A DNA stretch of 64,000 nt from a virus: IMG/VR virus record IMGVR_UViG_3300027917_002335, positions 1 to 64,000 of that record, one strand, 5' to 3'. Position numbers and translations under genes: made by a program. Under the pieces are notes generated by a model. The model saw only the letters and a program-made list of their open reading frames with translations, had not been told where the DNA came from and ran no database searches. Of the stretch, positions 1 to 10,132 are shown piece by piece (position 1 is the stretch's first letter; the number at the start of each line of letters is the position of its first letter).

Positions 1-945
1 GAACCACCATTGATTATCTACATACCATTTTACAGTTTTAGCAAAACCAGAATCTAAATCCCATTTTGATTGCCATCCAGTTGCCTTTATCTTTTCACAA
101 TCTAAAGCATATCTCCTATCATGTCCAGGACGAATGTTGTGGTCTGGTACAAGTTTAATGTTTTCTGGTCTTCCAACAAGCCTAGAGATTTTTTTAGCCA
201 AATCTATATTAGACAATTCTTGTTCGCCAGCCACATGATATATTTCTCCGGCTTTACCATTATCTAATAAGTGCATGATAGCTGAGCAATGGTCTTCTAC
301 ATAAAGCCACATTCGTTTGTGCTGACCATCACCATAAACCGGTAAAGGTTCTCCCATTAAAGCCTTCTTTATAAATACGGGAAATACTTTTTCTGTTCCT
401 TGGTATTCTCCATAATTATTTTCCGTTCTTGTTATGATGGTATCAATCCCGTAAGAATTGTGATAAGATAAAACTAATGAATCACCAGCCATTTTTGTGG
501 CTGCATATGGATTGGTTGGATTTGGTCGTGAATCTTCTTTATACTTGCCTTTTAAAATAGCACCATATACTTCATCAGTAGAAATCTGAATATATTTTTT
601 AACTGTGTTGCTTTTTCGAACCTCTTCTAAGATTTTGAAAGTACCAACTACATTGCTTTGAATAAAAGGAGTTGGATCTCTTATCGAATAATCGACAAAT
701 GTTTTTGCTCCAAAATGAACAACTACATCTACATCTTTGAAAGCATCGGTAATGTCATCCTTTGCAAAATCTGCGTAATACATATTAAATCTTCTTTTAT
801 TCCAAGCTTCTTCTAACCTTGCTCTATTCTTAACATACGAATTTCTGTTTAATCCAATTACTTCTATATCCTTAAAATTGTTTAGAACATATCGTACAAA
901 ATGAGAACCGATAAATCCTAAACATCCAGTTACGAGTATTTTCAT
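1..945 (-). CDS. rfbB: dTDP-glucose 4,6-dehydratase (3' end runs off the window)
   Basis: Not in ORF track; own translation MKILVTGCLGFIGSHFVRY (GxxGxxG), QISTDEVYG, NPYAATK (YxxxK), NNYGEYQGTEK, ends KWYVDNQWWF; ATGA overlap with the upstream stop. Confidence 0.9.
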   Translation of the reverse strand, partial: MKILVTGCLGFIGSHFVRYVLNNFKDIEVIGLNRNSYVKNRARLEEAWNKRRFNMYYADFAKDDITDAFKDVDVVVHFGAKTFVDYSIRDPTPFIQSNVVGTFKILEEVRKSNTVKKYIQISTDEVYGAILKGKYKEDSRPNPTNPYAATKMAGDSLVLSYHNSYGIDTIITRTENNYGEYQGTEKVFPVFIKKALMGEPLPVYGDGQHKRMWLYVEDHCSAIMHLLDNGKAGEIYHVAGEQELSNIDLAKKISRLVGRPENIKLVPDHNIRPGHDRRYALDCEKIKATGWQSKWDLDSGFAKTVKWYVDNQWWF

Positions 946-2237
946 TTCATCATTTCACTCCATTTTTTTAAGTAAGGATCATCTGGAAAGTAAGAATGAT
1001 AATTATGAACGCTTCCTTTTGTTTCTGTTTGCCAAGAAGGATTCTTAGCCAGTTCTTCTATCTTTGTTACACACTGCCCACAATTCCATTTCTTGTGGTC
1101 TTTAAAACTATTTCCATAATGACCTAATGATTCTATAAATACATCAGCATGAGTTATTTCTTCTCTATTCTTAATCCTCCATTTCTTTGGAGTTTTAGGC
1201 TCTTTCAGAACTATTTGTAACACTCTTTCCCAAGAACTATCAAGATTATCTAATGTAAATCTTTTAATAGCTTCTTCTCTTGCTGCTCTGCCTATTTCTT
1301 TTCTCCAATTAATATTGTTATATAAATCTTTTATAGCTTGAACATAACCTTTCATATCTCTGACAATTATTCCTGTTTTGTTATTTTTAACCATATATTT
1401 CTCCATATCATTATCAAAAACAACAGAAGGAACACCAGCACCCATTGCTATTTGTAAAACTAAATCACATGTACCATAATGATAAGGAGCTAATGGATAA
1501 CCAAACACATCAAATGTAGAGAGATAATCTTTTAGCTTTGACTTATGAACATAGCCAGTAAATTCAATGTTTAATCCTCTCTCTTTTGCTTCTGCTTCAA
1601 TCTCCTTATGTTGTGCTCCACCAACAACAACAAATTTAACATTATGTATAATTCTTGTAATCAATTCACACATCCCTAAGAAATTAGGATGCATTTTAGC
1701 GTAATCAACTGTACCAATATAACCAATAACAAATCCTTTATGTTTCTTCTTTTCTAAATTAATATATTCATCTACACCATCAGTAGACCAAACATCAAAC
1801 ACTCTTATAAATCCTCTTTGTTTTTCTACATCCTTTACTTTATAACTCAGAGGCGTTGTGAATACAAATAAATCTGGATATCTTAATATCTTTTCAGTAT
1901 AAATATTAGGAGGATGAAAACCAGAATTATGTCCCCACATAACAACTCTACAAGGAGGCAATTCAGTTCTAACTAAAAAGTCATATAATAATGGGTGATT
2001 CCATTGATGAATAAGAATTATATCAGCATCTGGTATTTTCTTAATAATTTCTTCATAACTAATGTTATCTTTGTAAGATATGCCTAGCGATTCTATTTTC
2101 TCTTCAACATAATCCATGGTATAACCAAGAGATAGAATTTCATGTTCAAATGTTTTATTCTTAGATATATAACCTAATATTGTACTTCCTACGCCACCAC
2201 CTAAATGCGGTGTGATATGTAATAATTTATATGTCAA
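942..2237 (-). CDS. GT-B glycosyltransferase (GT4-like)
   Basis: HITPHLGGGVG N-terminus, IGYIG, FTGYV, FDVFGYP, AMGAGVPSVV, KTGIIV motifs. Confidence 0.85.
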   Translation of the reverse strand: MTYKLLHITPHLGGGVGSTILGYISKNKTFEHEILSLGYTMDYVEEKIESLGISYKDNISYEEIIKKIPDADIILIHQWNHPLLYDFLVRTELPPCRVVMWGHNSGFHPPNIYTEKILRYPDLFVFTTPLSYKVKDVEKQRGFIRVFDVWSTDGVDEYINLEKKKHKGFVIGYIGTVDYAKMHPNFLGMCELITRIIHNVKFVVVGGAQHKEIEAEAKERGLNIEFTGYVHKSKLKDYLSTFDVFGYPLAPYHYGTCDLVLQIAMGAGVPSVVFDNDMEKYMVKNNKTGIIVRDMKGYVQAIKDLYNNINWRKEIGRAAREEAIKRFTLDNLDSSWERVLQIVLKEPKTPKKWRIKNREEITHADVFIESLGHYGNSFKDHKKWNCGQCVTKIEELAKNPSWQTETKGSVHNYHSYFPDDPYLKKWSEMMK

Positions 2238-3267
2238 TTATTTCACCTTTAAATCCTAATTCTTTTGCTTTCTTTGTAAGAGTTTCTTTGTGAACTGAAG
2301 CTGTAATAATAAGAAATGAATTCTCATCTGCTTCTTTTAATATTTCACTGCTGTGGATTTTCATCCCTTTGAATGTCTTTTCTTGCTTTGCTGGAATATC
2401 ATCAACAAGAATTAAATTTAGGTGTTTTAATCTAGTATAAGGATAGAGATACATAAATTCTCTTCCTATTCCCCAGCAATATATTTGACCAGTAACTTTT
2501 AACATAGCTCTTATAAGTGGTAATTTTAATGAACCAATCATTTTTGTTTCTCCTGCTTCAAAATTGATTAATTCAAAACCAAATTTCTGAGCTAATACCT
2601 TTATACCAACTATATTATAATGTTGGATATGTTCACGCATCAAATAAAAATAATCGCTATTATATTTATCTGCATTTGGAACACTTATATAAATAAATCC
2701 TCCTTCCTTTAACACTCTTTTCATTTCCATAAAAGCCTTGTGAGGATCATTTAAATGTTCTAACACTTGATCTAAGATTAACATGTCAAAAGTATTGTCT
2801 TCAAAGGGAATTTCATACACACTTCCAACCTTTATTCTATCCATATTAGCCTTATCTACATATGCTTGTATTGGCTCTATTCCATAAACATTAAACCAAC
2901 CTTTCGTTTCACAGTATTTTATAAATCCACCAAGAGCACAGCCGACATCTAATATCTTACCTTCATATTTTGCATAAGGCAATATGAAATCAAATAATTC
3001 TTCATATCTTTGTTCATTATCAGCTCCTGGTCTATCAGTTACATCATCGTTAGCACTTAAATTTATAGGAGCATATTCTTCTTCATAATATTTTCCAAGA
3101 TTTTCAATTTCTTTCTTACTTAATGAATTAAATATATGACCACAATTTTTGCATTTTCTACTTGTTATATCACTATATAAGAAAGAACCATCAAATTTTT
3201 CACAAGTAAAGAACTTGTACAAATCAGAATAATCTCCACCACATACTGGACAATTCATTTTAACCAT
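2227..3267 (-). CDS. Class I SAM-dependent methyltransferase with N-terminal Zn ribbon (sugar-methyltransferase-like)
   Basis: CPVC...CKNC, ILDVGCALG, VLEHLNDP, EHIQHY, C-terminal WGIG Rossmann-like segment. Confidence 0.85.
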   Translation of the reverse strand: MVKMNCPVCGGDYSDLYKFFTCEKFDGSFLYSDITSRKCKNCGHIFNSLSKKEIENLGKYYEEEYAPINLSANDDVTDRPGADNEQRYEELFDFILPYAKYEGKILDVGCALGGFIKYCETKGWFNVYGIEPIQAYVDKANMDRIKVGSVYEIPFEDNTFDMLILDQVLEHLNDPHKAFMEMKRVLKEGGFIYISVPNADKYNSDYFYLMREHIQHYNIVGIKVLAQKFGFELINFEAGETKMIGSLKLPLIRAMLKVTGQIYCWGIGREFMYLYPYTRLKHLNLILVDDIPAKQEKTFKGMKIHSSEILKEADENSFLIITASVHKETLTKKAKELGFKGEIIDI

Positions 3268-4253
3268 CTTTTATATATTTCTTTTGCCTGAAAGTCTAAA
3301 TCAACAGGCATTCCATGTGATAATTGAGAACAATTACCACAAATTTCATGTGTTTTTCTTAATTTATTTATATGGAATTCTTGATAAAATCTCATTTCAT
3401 CTCCATTCCAAATTTCTTTTACTGATTGTTTATTTACATCTCCTATCTGTAATTCTCTTGCCCAATCAATAAAGCAAGCGCTTACAATACCGTCAGAATT
3501 AATTGACATTTGATAGAAGACATATGGACATACTTCTACTTCATGTATTGGTTGACCATATATTCCAACTTCTTCATTCTGAGGAGGACCATCAAAATTA
3601 TACCAACAATTCATAGTGTGTTCAATGGCTATGCCATCACATATATCTCCAAAGATTTCAAAGAACTTATCTTTCTCTTCTTCATATAAGAAATCACCAT
3701 TAATCTTAATAAATATTTCTAATTGTTTCCTATTCTCGTATAGGTATTTAATATTATTTACTAGTCTATCAAAGTTAATTCTCTTATTAGCAAACTCTAA
3801 ATATTGATCTCCATTTACGCCTTCGATTGAAATGTTAATTCTATCTAAACCTGCTTCCACAATATCTAAACTGGTTTTAGGATTTAACAATGAACCATTT
3901 GTAGTTGTATCTACCGCATTACAGCAACCGCTGAGTTTGGCGTACTTTACCATATCTGCAAACCGTGGATTTGCTAACGGTTCTCCGTGTAAATATAACC
4001 GTAATACTTTTATTGGCTTTTCAAATTCACAAATGTCATCTACAATCTTTTTAAACAGGTCAAATTTCATAAAGGTTTGTGGTCTTCCAACATCATTTAA
4101 TAATGATTTATCTCCAGATGGACAAAACCTACATCTGAAATTACACCAATCGCAAGGATCTACAAATATAACCCAAGGAGTATTAAGAGGAATATTATCT
4201 GCCAATGACTCTCTATTTTCTAATTGAATTCTTGTTTTTATTTTAGCTTTCAT
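3255..4253 (-). CDS. Radical SAM/SPASM-domain protein (glycan-cluster type)
   Basis: CNFRCRFC, GEPL, TTNG, C-terminal CPYVF..INSDGIVSAC..CGNC. Confidence 0.9.
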   Translation of the reverse strand: MKAKIKTRIQLENRESLADNIPLNTPWVIFVDPCDWCNFRCRFCPSGDKSLLNDVGRPQTFMKFDLFKKIVDDICEFEKPIKVLRLYLHGEPLANPRFADMVKYAKLSGCCNAVDTTTNGSLLNPKTSLDIVEAGLDRINISIEGVNGDQYLEFANKRINFDRLVNNIKYLYENRKQLEIFIKINGDFLYEEEKDKFFEIFGDICDGIAIEHTMNCWYNFDGPPQNEEVGIYGQPIHEVEVCPYVFYQMSINSDGIVSACFIDWARELQIGDVNKQSVKEIWNGDEMRFYQEFHINKLRKTHEICGNCSQLSHGMPVDLDFQAKEIYKRWLK

Positions 4254-4756
4254 CTTGTCTTATTTTTATGAGGAAATTTCTTTTTTGGTATATTTTTATT
4301 TAAAAATTTACAAATTGGTTTCCAACCAAAATTCTTGTTTAAATTTAATACTAACAGTTCCCTATCTTTAAAATATTCAAAGACTTCTTTGTGATGTCTT
4401 TCATAAACTTCAGTATATTTTTGTCTGTTAAAATTCTTATCTCCATACATTAATTCCCTAAATTCATCGTCTCTTTTTAATGCTATTCCATTTTTCAGAA
4501 ACCATTTACAAGATTTTAACCAATCATCTAAAGGTCTTGTTGTGAAGATAAACTTAGAATTTGGAAATAATTTATCTAATTCTTTATATTGATAAGCTAT
4601 AGGAGAATCGCTAGCTCCATCAAATCCTTTCAATTGTTTTGCCATTTGTGGTAACAATGGCGGTCTTGGATGATGATTTATTTTATATCCTAACATTCCT
4701 AAAGCGTTCTTTAATGAAGTTGTTCCCATCCTAGACAAACTTATTATAAAAATCAT
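4250..4756 (-). CDS. Sulfotransferase-family P-loop protein
   Basis: SLSRMGTTSL 5'-PSB loop, FPNSKFIFTTR..WLKS, GWKPICKFL; start reassigned to ATG 4756 behind a GGTGA SD. Confidence 0.8.
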   Translation of the reverse strand: MIFIISLSRMGTTSLKNALGMLGYKINHHPRPPLLPQMAKQLKGFDGASDSPIAYQYKELDKLFPNSKFIFTTRPLDDWLKSCKWFLKNGIALKRDDEFRELMYGDKNFNRQKYTEVYERHHKEVFEYFKDRELLVLNLNKNFGWKPICKFLNKNIPKKKFPHKNKTR

Positions 4757-4760
4757 ATTG

Positions 4761-5528
4761 TCACCAATAACTATTATGTATTTTTTTCTTATTAACATAA
4801 AGATTTTTAGATAAATCACTAATCATATTATCAACAATTCTAAATCCTTTTCTTCTTCTGTCTTGTGGCACTTTATCAATGTGAGGTCTTGAGTGAAAAA
4901 TATGAACAAAAGGAAAGAAATGGGAATCTTCTTTTAGTTTATAAACTTTTGTTAATATTCCATGAGCATAGTTTCTAATGCCTGCATTATAATCTGTTCT
5001 CTCGTCATAACCACGAGCTTCATATAAGAATGGTCTATAAATTAAAGTACAAACAGAATGACTGGCTCTCTTATGATTTGTTTTGAATAATTTACCATCT
5101 TGATAAGAAGCATACCCTGTCATTCTAAGATAATAATCTTTTCCATTAAATCTATTCAACCAACCTTTTAAATGTTCTTCAAGATTTTCTGGATAATAAA
5201 TCCAAAAGTTTAAATAACACATAAAGTTTTCCTTCATTTCATTTATTATCTTATTAGCAATTTTGGGTTCGTGAAAGAACACTCCTTTTGTTTTCTCAAT
5301 AGTTAAGAAAGTGAAACCATATTCTTCTGCAATCTCTTTAATGTTATCAGTAGAACTATAATCTCCAATATAAACTCTTTCTCCATACTGTTTAACAGAA
5401 TCAAATGATTTTCTAACTTGCTTTTCTCCTACATATTCTACTGGATTGCGTGAATAATAATAATATCCTATGGTTTTTTCTCCACCATATTTCTCTACTA
5501 TATCATTTTTTACTTTTGTTGGATTCAA
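4761..5528 (-). CDS. Divergent GT-A (GT2-like) glycosyltransferase
   Basis: GDYSSTD, GYDER, HIFH motifs; glycan-cluster context. Confidence 0.6.
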   Translation of the reverse strand: MNPTKVKNDIVEKYGGEKTIGYYYYSRNPVEYVGEKQVRKSFDSVKQYGERVYIGDYSSTDNIKEIAEEYGFTFLTIEKTKGVFFHEPKIANKIINEMKENFMCYLNFWIYYPENLEEHLKGWLNRFNGKDYYLRMTGYASYQDGKLFKTNHKRASHSVCTLIYRPFLYEARGYDERTDYNAGIRNYAHGILTKVYKLKEDSHFFPFVHIFHSRPHIDKVPQDRRRKGFRIVDNMISDLSKNLYVNKKKIHNSYW

Positions 5529-6225
5529 GAGGATTCCTCCAGCGTTCTATTTTATTCCAATCACTAATATGTTTATGATAAAACCAACAATCTTTTATTA
5601 CAAACATTCTACCTTCATTTTCTCTCATTCGTTTTTGGAGAATTTCTTCGCCGCCACTCCATTTCCATTTCATATCGCAAAAATCTCCATTAGGAAGTTT
5701 AAATTTTTGGTAAAATTCGTTAGTAAAAGCCATTAAAAAACCATTGATATGGTCTCCAGAATTGTTCGTTATCTCCTTTATCCCTTTTCCCGCCTTTTCT
5801 GCCAGTTGAGGACTCCGTCTTATAACGCCGTTAGTTAATGGACCATATAAGCCAACATTTTTATGAGGATGATTTCTTATGGTATCTATAAATAAATTAA
5901 TTGAATCATTAATAACAACATCATCATTAACAAGTATAATCAAATCACAATTATCTTCTACCGCCATTTTAATACCATCATTATAAGGACCAGCAAGTCC
6001 TCTAATCAATTGGTCTTCAATATAGGTATATTTTATATTGTCATAATTAGGAAGTATAAATTTCTTGTCAGATTGGTTGTCAAATAAATATAAGAAGAAA
6101 TCCTTGTTACAAAATTTGTAAAGAGAAGCCACAAGAGAATTAATGGTGTTAAAATTTTTGCGTGAACACTTCTGACAGGAGTGCATTATGCAAATAAATC
6201 CCACCATAGGATTACTCATTGTCAT
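5503..6225 (-). CDS. GT2-family glycosyltransferase
   Basis: LFDNQSD, YNDGI, LVNDDV (DxD-like), GPLTN, YHKH. Confidence 0.8.
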   Translation of the reverse strand: MTMSNPMVGFICIMHSCQKCSRKNFNTINSLVASLYKFCNKDFFLYLFDNQSDKKFILPNYDNIKYTYIEDQLIRGLAGPYNDGIKMAVEDNCDLIILVNDDVVINDSINLFIDTIRNHPHKNVGLYGPLTNGVIRRSPQLAEKAGKGIKEITNNSGDHINGFLMAFTNEFYQKFKLPNGDFCDMKWKWSGGEEILQKRMRENEGRMFVIKDCWFYHKHISDWNKIERWRNPLESNKSKK

Positions 6226-6571
6226 CTTTTATCGCTTTTTCTAATTTATCAACTTTATTTGTTAATTTACTTATAAGCAATCTATTTTCAGCTACTGTAT
6301 TATTAGCGGCCAATAAAGACGCTTGTTTCTCAGTTGATTTGTCACCGAAAGATTGACCTCCTCTTATAGCATAAAAATAATTTAAAAGAACTGTCCAACA
6401 TGCTGGGGTTATAATCCAATTGTTACTATTTAATGCTATAATAAATTGCAATAAGGCTATGAATGTCGAAAGTAAAAGAGAGCCTATACTTATATATATT
6501 GTATCCGTAAATTTAATCTTTTTCGATAAATCAATCTTTATCACTTTTTCTTCTTTTGACATGATTTTCAT
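6212..6571 (-). CDS. Two-TM membrane protein with C-terminal coiled coil (possible holin-like)
   Basis: Two hydrophobic segments; lies just after the tail genes. Confidence 0.4.
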   Translation of the reverse strand: MKIMSKEEKVIKIDLSKKIKFTDTIYISIGSLLLSTFIALLQFIIALNSNNWIITPACWTVLLNYFYAIRGGQSFGDKSTEKQASLLAANNTVAENRLLISKLTNKVDKLEKAIKDDNE

Positions 6572-6646
6572 CCTTCTCGTCTTTCTTTTTATTCCAGAAG
6601 TCCAACTTTATGTCGTGGTTTCCGTTTGTTGTTATTATTTTTAGTT

Positions 6647-6928
6647 TCATGTTATTCTCCTCTTCTTTTTTTCTGTTACAAAATAGCGCAAAGTTTCTGC
6701 TACAATATCCGTTATCAAAATCAGTCCAAAGAAAAAAGCACCGACTTCTCCACCATAAATTATGTCTTCGTTCCAATCGTGAACTCTTAACATATATAGT
6801 CCACTTCTCTCTAATACAAATATTATTAAGAAAAATATTAATGTTTGAATGAAGCTAACAAAGAATAGTTTGGATAACCACACAAACCAGCCTTTGAAAT
6901 GATCTCTCATATAACTTCCAAATCCCAT
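6647..6928 (-). CDS. Small two-TM membrane protein
   Basis: Two hydrophobic helices, basic C-terminus. Confidence 0.5.
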   Translation of the reverse strand: MGFGSYMRDHFKGWFVWLSKLFFVSFIQTLIFFLIIFVLERSGLYMLRVHDWNEDIIYGGEVGAFFFGLILITDIVAETLRYFVTEKKKRRIT

Positions 6929-6938
6929 TTAAACCACC

Positions 6939-9269
6939 TTAAGATAAATTATGTTGATCAACTACACCAGTTCCGGCAAGTGATTTTCCTTCGCCATAAG
7001 CGTTGTTTCCTACCCATATACAATAATCTGGATGGGTTGTTATGTTATCATAAAGTCCATAAGCAGTTCCTGATCCAGTATTCGTTATATTATAAACAGT
7101 ATTTCCTGTAATTGTTGAATAATCTGCATCTGAATATGCGTATATTCCAGCAGCATTAAAACTTGAGCTTGAAGACTGTCCATGAACATCTTGTATAACA
7201 TTTCCAGTAACACTAGCGTGGTCGTCACCTATCCATATTCCAGCAACCCAAGATGAAGAACCAGTTCCACCTTCTATTTGTTCTATTGTATTGCCACTGA
7301 TAGCAACAAATGAACCGCTTGTGTATATTCCAAAGGCTGCACCAGAAGATGCATCAACATCAGTTATATAATTATTAGATATATTATCATAATTAGTATT
7401 TGATTCTATACCGTAACATCCACCATTACCAGTTATATTTGCTATATAATTTCCTTGAAATATTTTTCCATATTGAATGCCATAGCTTGCGCCAGAAGTA
7501 TTTGCCACACCATTAATGTAATTTCCAATTACAAAATCTGTGCTATATATACCAACAGCCTCATAACCAGATCTACCTTCTAAATCGTGAATGTAATTAC
7601 TTGTAGCGTATGTAACATTCCAAATACCAATACGAATTTCTTTTATCTCACAATTAGAAACTAGATAGTTTGTTGAGCCAACATTGTAAACACCGTAACC
7701 ATAACCAGTGTTAGGTCCTTCTATATAACATCTTTCTATACGAGTATAATTTGTACCAGCTCCACTAATAGCACCTACATCTGATGTAAACGATGTAGCT
7801 TGTATATACAAATCTTTTATTATAATACTATCCATGCCAGCAATAGTAAAAGCAGGATTATTTCCTGTTGTTTGTAGAATAGTATTTACTCCTTGTCCTT
7901 GAATTACAAGAGAACCACCTGAACTTATGCTAACATTCCAAGCTGCGTAAGTTCCACTTTCTATAATTATTGTTCCTCCGCCAGTTCCGATAGCTGATAC
8001 AGCGCTATTAAAAGCAGATTCAGAATCAACAATATAAACATTAGAATTAATACTTGCAACTGAACCTAATGCTCCAGAACTTTCTGTAATAGTTGCGTTT
8101 TCAATCTTAGTTCCTGTTGAGTTATATCTTAATAACCTTGTATTAGTTAAGGCGTCTACATGAACATTATCAACCTGTTCAACATTTAAATTACTAACCT
8201 TAGTTGTGCTAGCTACTGATAATGGAGCAGTTCCAGTTGATAAAGTGCTTGTTAACTGTCCACTCATATTTATTGTAGTAATTCCACCTAATGCTCCAGC
8301 TGTTTCTGTAACCGTAGCATTCTCAAGTTTAGTTCCAGTAGAATTATATCTTATTAATCTAGCGTTAGTAAGAGAATCTACTTGAACACCATCAACAGCA
8401 TCTGCATTTAAGTTTGTTACTTTAGTTGTTGAAGCAACTGTGAAAGGAGCAGTACCAGTTGTTTGAGTTGATGTTACTCTAACAAACGAAGGACTTGCTG
8501 TCGTAGCAACATCTTGCATAGTAGCAACATATCCCCATTCTGCTGAACTTATTGCTGCTCCTCCTATATTACTTAATTGTTGTAATTCTGCGTTGCTTAT
8601 ATCTACACTAGTTCCTACAATAGAATTAGCAACTAAATTAAGGTTATCATTAACAATAATGGCATCTCCGCCACCATCAATAGCCTTAACATCTTTTAAG
8701 TCAGTGTTATTTAAATCAATATCAGAATGAACATCAACAGTTCCAGATACATCAAGAGTTCCATCTATATCTGTGACATCCAAATTAGATATTCCATCAA
8801 CATCTAAGTCTCCAAGAATATCTACATTATCTTGAATATTTAAACCATATATTTGTAAGACATTATTTAATTGTCTAAATCTAATATCATAAGGAGTTCC
8901 GCCAATATCTTGTGTAATCATAACACCAGCTTTGGCTGTTGCTTCTACCGCTGTTGCGTGACCAATTCCAGATGAATCTATATAAAGCCATTCACCAGTT
9001 CCAACAGCAATAGATTGTTCGTTAACTTGAATAACTTTACCATTATACATTATATATCCTTTTGATAAAGTACCACCTGACCAAGAACAACCTTCTATTA
9101 CAAATCTAGGCAATAAAAGCCTACCAAGTATTTGATGAATCATCCATTGAATTCCAGGAATACCATCACCAGCATTTGGTGTGTATTGAAGTATTCTTGG
9201 ATCAAATCTGCCTGGTCTTTGTTGCTGACTTACATCATTCATATCCCTATTATATTTATTGCTTGCCAT
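6939..9269 (-). CDS. Tail fibre/tailspike with C-terminal right-handed beta-helix
   Basis: GTAPxxVASTTKVxNLN fibre motif twice; C-terminal GN-I/YGI repeats typical of pectin-lyase-like beta-helices. Confidence 0.8.
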   Translation of the reverse strand: MASNKYNRDMNDVSQQQRPGRFDPRILQYTPNAGDGIPGIQWMIHQILGRLLLPRFVIEGCSWSGGTLSKGYIMYNGKVIQVNEQSIAVGTGEWLYIDSSGIGHATAVEATAKAGVMITQDIGGTPYDIRFRQLNNVLQIYGLNIQDNVDILGDLDVDGISNLDVTDIDGTLDVSGTVDVHSDIDLNNTDLKDVKAIDGGGDAIIVNDNLNLVANSIVGTSVDISNAELQQLSNIGGAAISSAEWGYVATMQDVATTASPSFVRVTSTQTTGTAPFTVASTTKVTNLNADAVDGVQVDSLTNARLIRYNSTGTKLENATVTETAGALGGITTINMSGQLTSTLSTGTAPLSVASTTKVSNLNVEQVDNVHVDALTNTRLLRYNSTGTKIENATITESSGALGSVASINSNVYIVDSESAFNSAVSAIGTGGGTIIIESGTYAAWNVSISSGGSLVIQGQGVNTILQTTGNNPAFTIAGMDSIIIKDLYIQATSFTSDVGAISGAGTNYTRIERCYIEGPNTGYGYGVYNVGSTNYLVSNCEIKEIRIGIWNVTYATSNYIHDLEGRSGYEAVGIYSTDFVIGNYINGVANTSGASYGIQYGKIFQGNYIANITGNGGCYGIESNTNYDNISNNYITDVDASSGAAFGIYTSGSFVAISGNTIEQIEGGTGSSSWVAGIWIGDDHASVTGNVIQDVHGQSSSSSFNAAGIYAYSDADYSTITGNTVYNITNTGSGTAYGLYDNITTHPDYCIWVGNNAYGEGKSLAGTGVVDQHNLS
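8060..8470 (-). repeat. Tandem ~73-codon repeat inside the tail fibre gene
   Basis: STQTTGTAPFTVASTTKVTNLN...RYNSTGTKLENATVTETAGALG versus STLSTGTAPLSVASTTKVSNLN...RYNSTGTKIENATITESSGALG. Confidence 0.85.
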
Positions 9270-9468
9270 TTACCTCACTTAAATCTTTTCTTAATTTTTC
9301 TAATTCGTTTTTCCGTAAAGCAATTTCTTTCTTAATATCTTGTATTTCCTTCATATGTTTGTGTATGAGATAACCTTTATATGCCTTTTCAGCTTTAGCC
9401 TTTGAGTCATACATGCATTTACCGCTACCAATTCTATATTTTCCATTAGGACATTTGTGAACAGGCAT
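9256..9468 (-). CDS. Small basic hypothetical viral protein
   Basis: MPVHKCPNGKYRIGSGKCMYDSKAKAEKAY; start reassigned to ATG 9468. Confidence 0.6.
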   Translation of the reverse strand: MPVHKCPNGKYRIGSGKCMYDSKAKAEKAYKGYLIHKHMKEIQDIKKEIALRKNELEKLRKDLSEVNGKQ

Positions 9469-9469
9469 T

Positions 9470-10132
9470 TTATAACTCACCAAATTTCCATCTAATTTCA
9501 ATATCTTCATCAGGTATTAGCGGTTCATCTATATAGATTCCCGTTCCTCCAACCATCCCACTACCATAGATAGAAACCCTACATAACATTGAATTAGGTT
9601 TACTAGCTTCATGGTAAGAAGGATCGTGTGTAGGACCTGAACTTCCTAAGAATAGACCAAACTCTCTTATCATTGCTCCTGTGGGCAAATTACCTGGAAC
9701 ATTAAATCGACCGGTAAATTCAAGGGTTTGATCTCTCCTCGTTACACTTAATTGGATTCTATTTCCAATTTCGTTAGATAAAGTAGAATCTTCTGGACTT
9801 ACAAGCACAGTATCTGTTATAGTATAATCTGTACTTCCACTTGGTACTCCATAAATTCCACCTGCTCTTTCTACTGATGCGTTGTTAAACATGCATGTAC
9901 CAGCCGCGCCATATCTAGGTTGATACCATAACCCTACATTCCCTGTTCCATAATCACCAGGATCTTTTGGATTATGCCAAGTCTTCCTTCCTCCGAGAAA
10001 ATCTAATATATATTCTTTTCCATCATCAACAAGAAGATTTGGAAATTCTCCCCAAACTTTCTTTTCGTATTTCTTATTTCCTTTTATTATTTCTACTTTT
10101 CCTTCTAATCCAAATAATTTCATTATAAACAC
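9470..10132 (-). CDS. Baseplate/tail-fibre attachment protein
   Basis: NLLVDDGKEYIL, DSTLSNEI, IREFGLF motifs seen in fibre-adaptor proteins; synteny. Confidence 0.6.
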   Translation of the reverse strand: MFIMKLFGLEGKVEIIKGNKKYEKKVWGEFPNLLVDDGKEYILDFLGGRKTWHNPKDPGDYGTGNVGLWYQPRYGAAGTCMFNNASVERAGGIYGVPSGSTDYTITDTVLVSPEDSTLSNEIGNRIQLSVTRRDQTLEFTGRFNVPGNLPTGAMIREFGLFLGSSGPTHDPSYHEASKPNSMLCRVSIYGSGMVGGTGIYIDEPLIPDEDIEIRWKFGEL

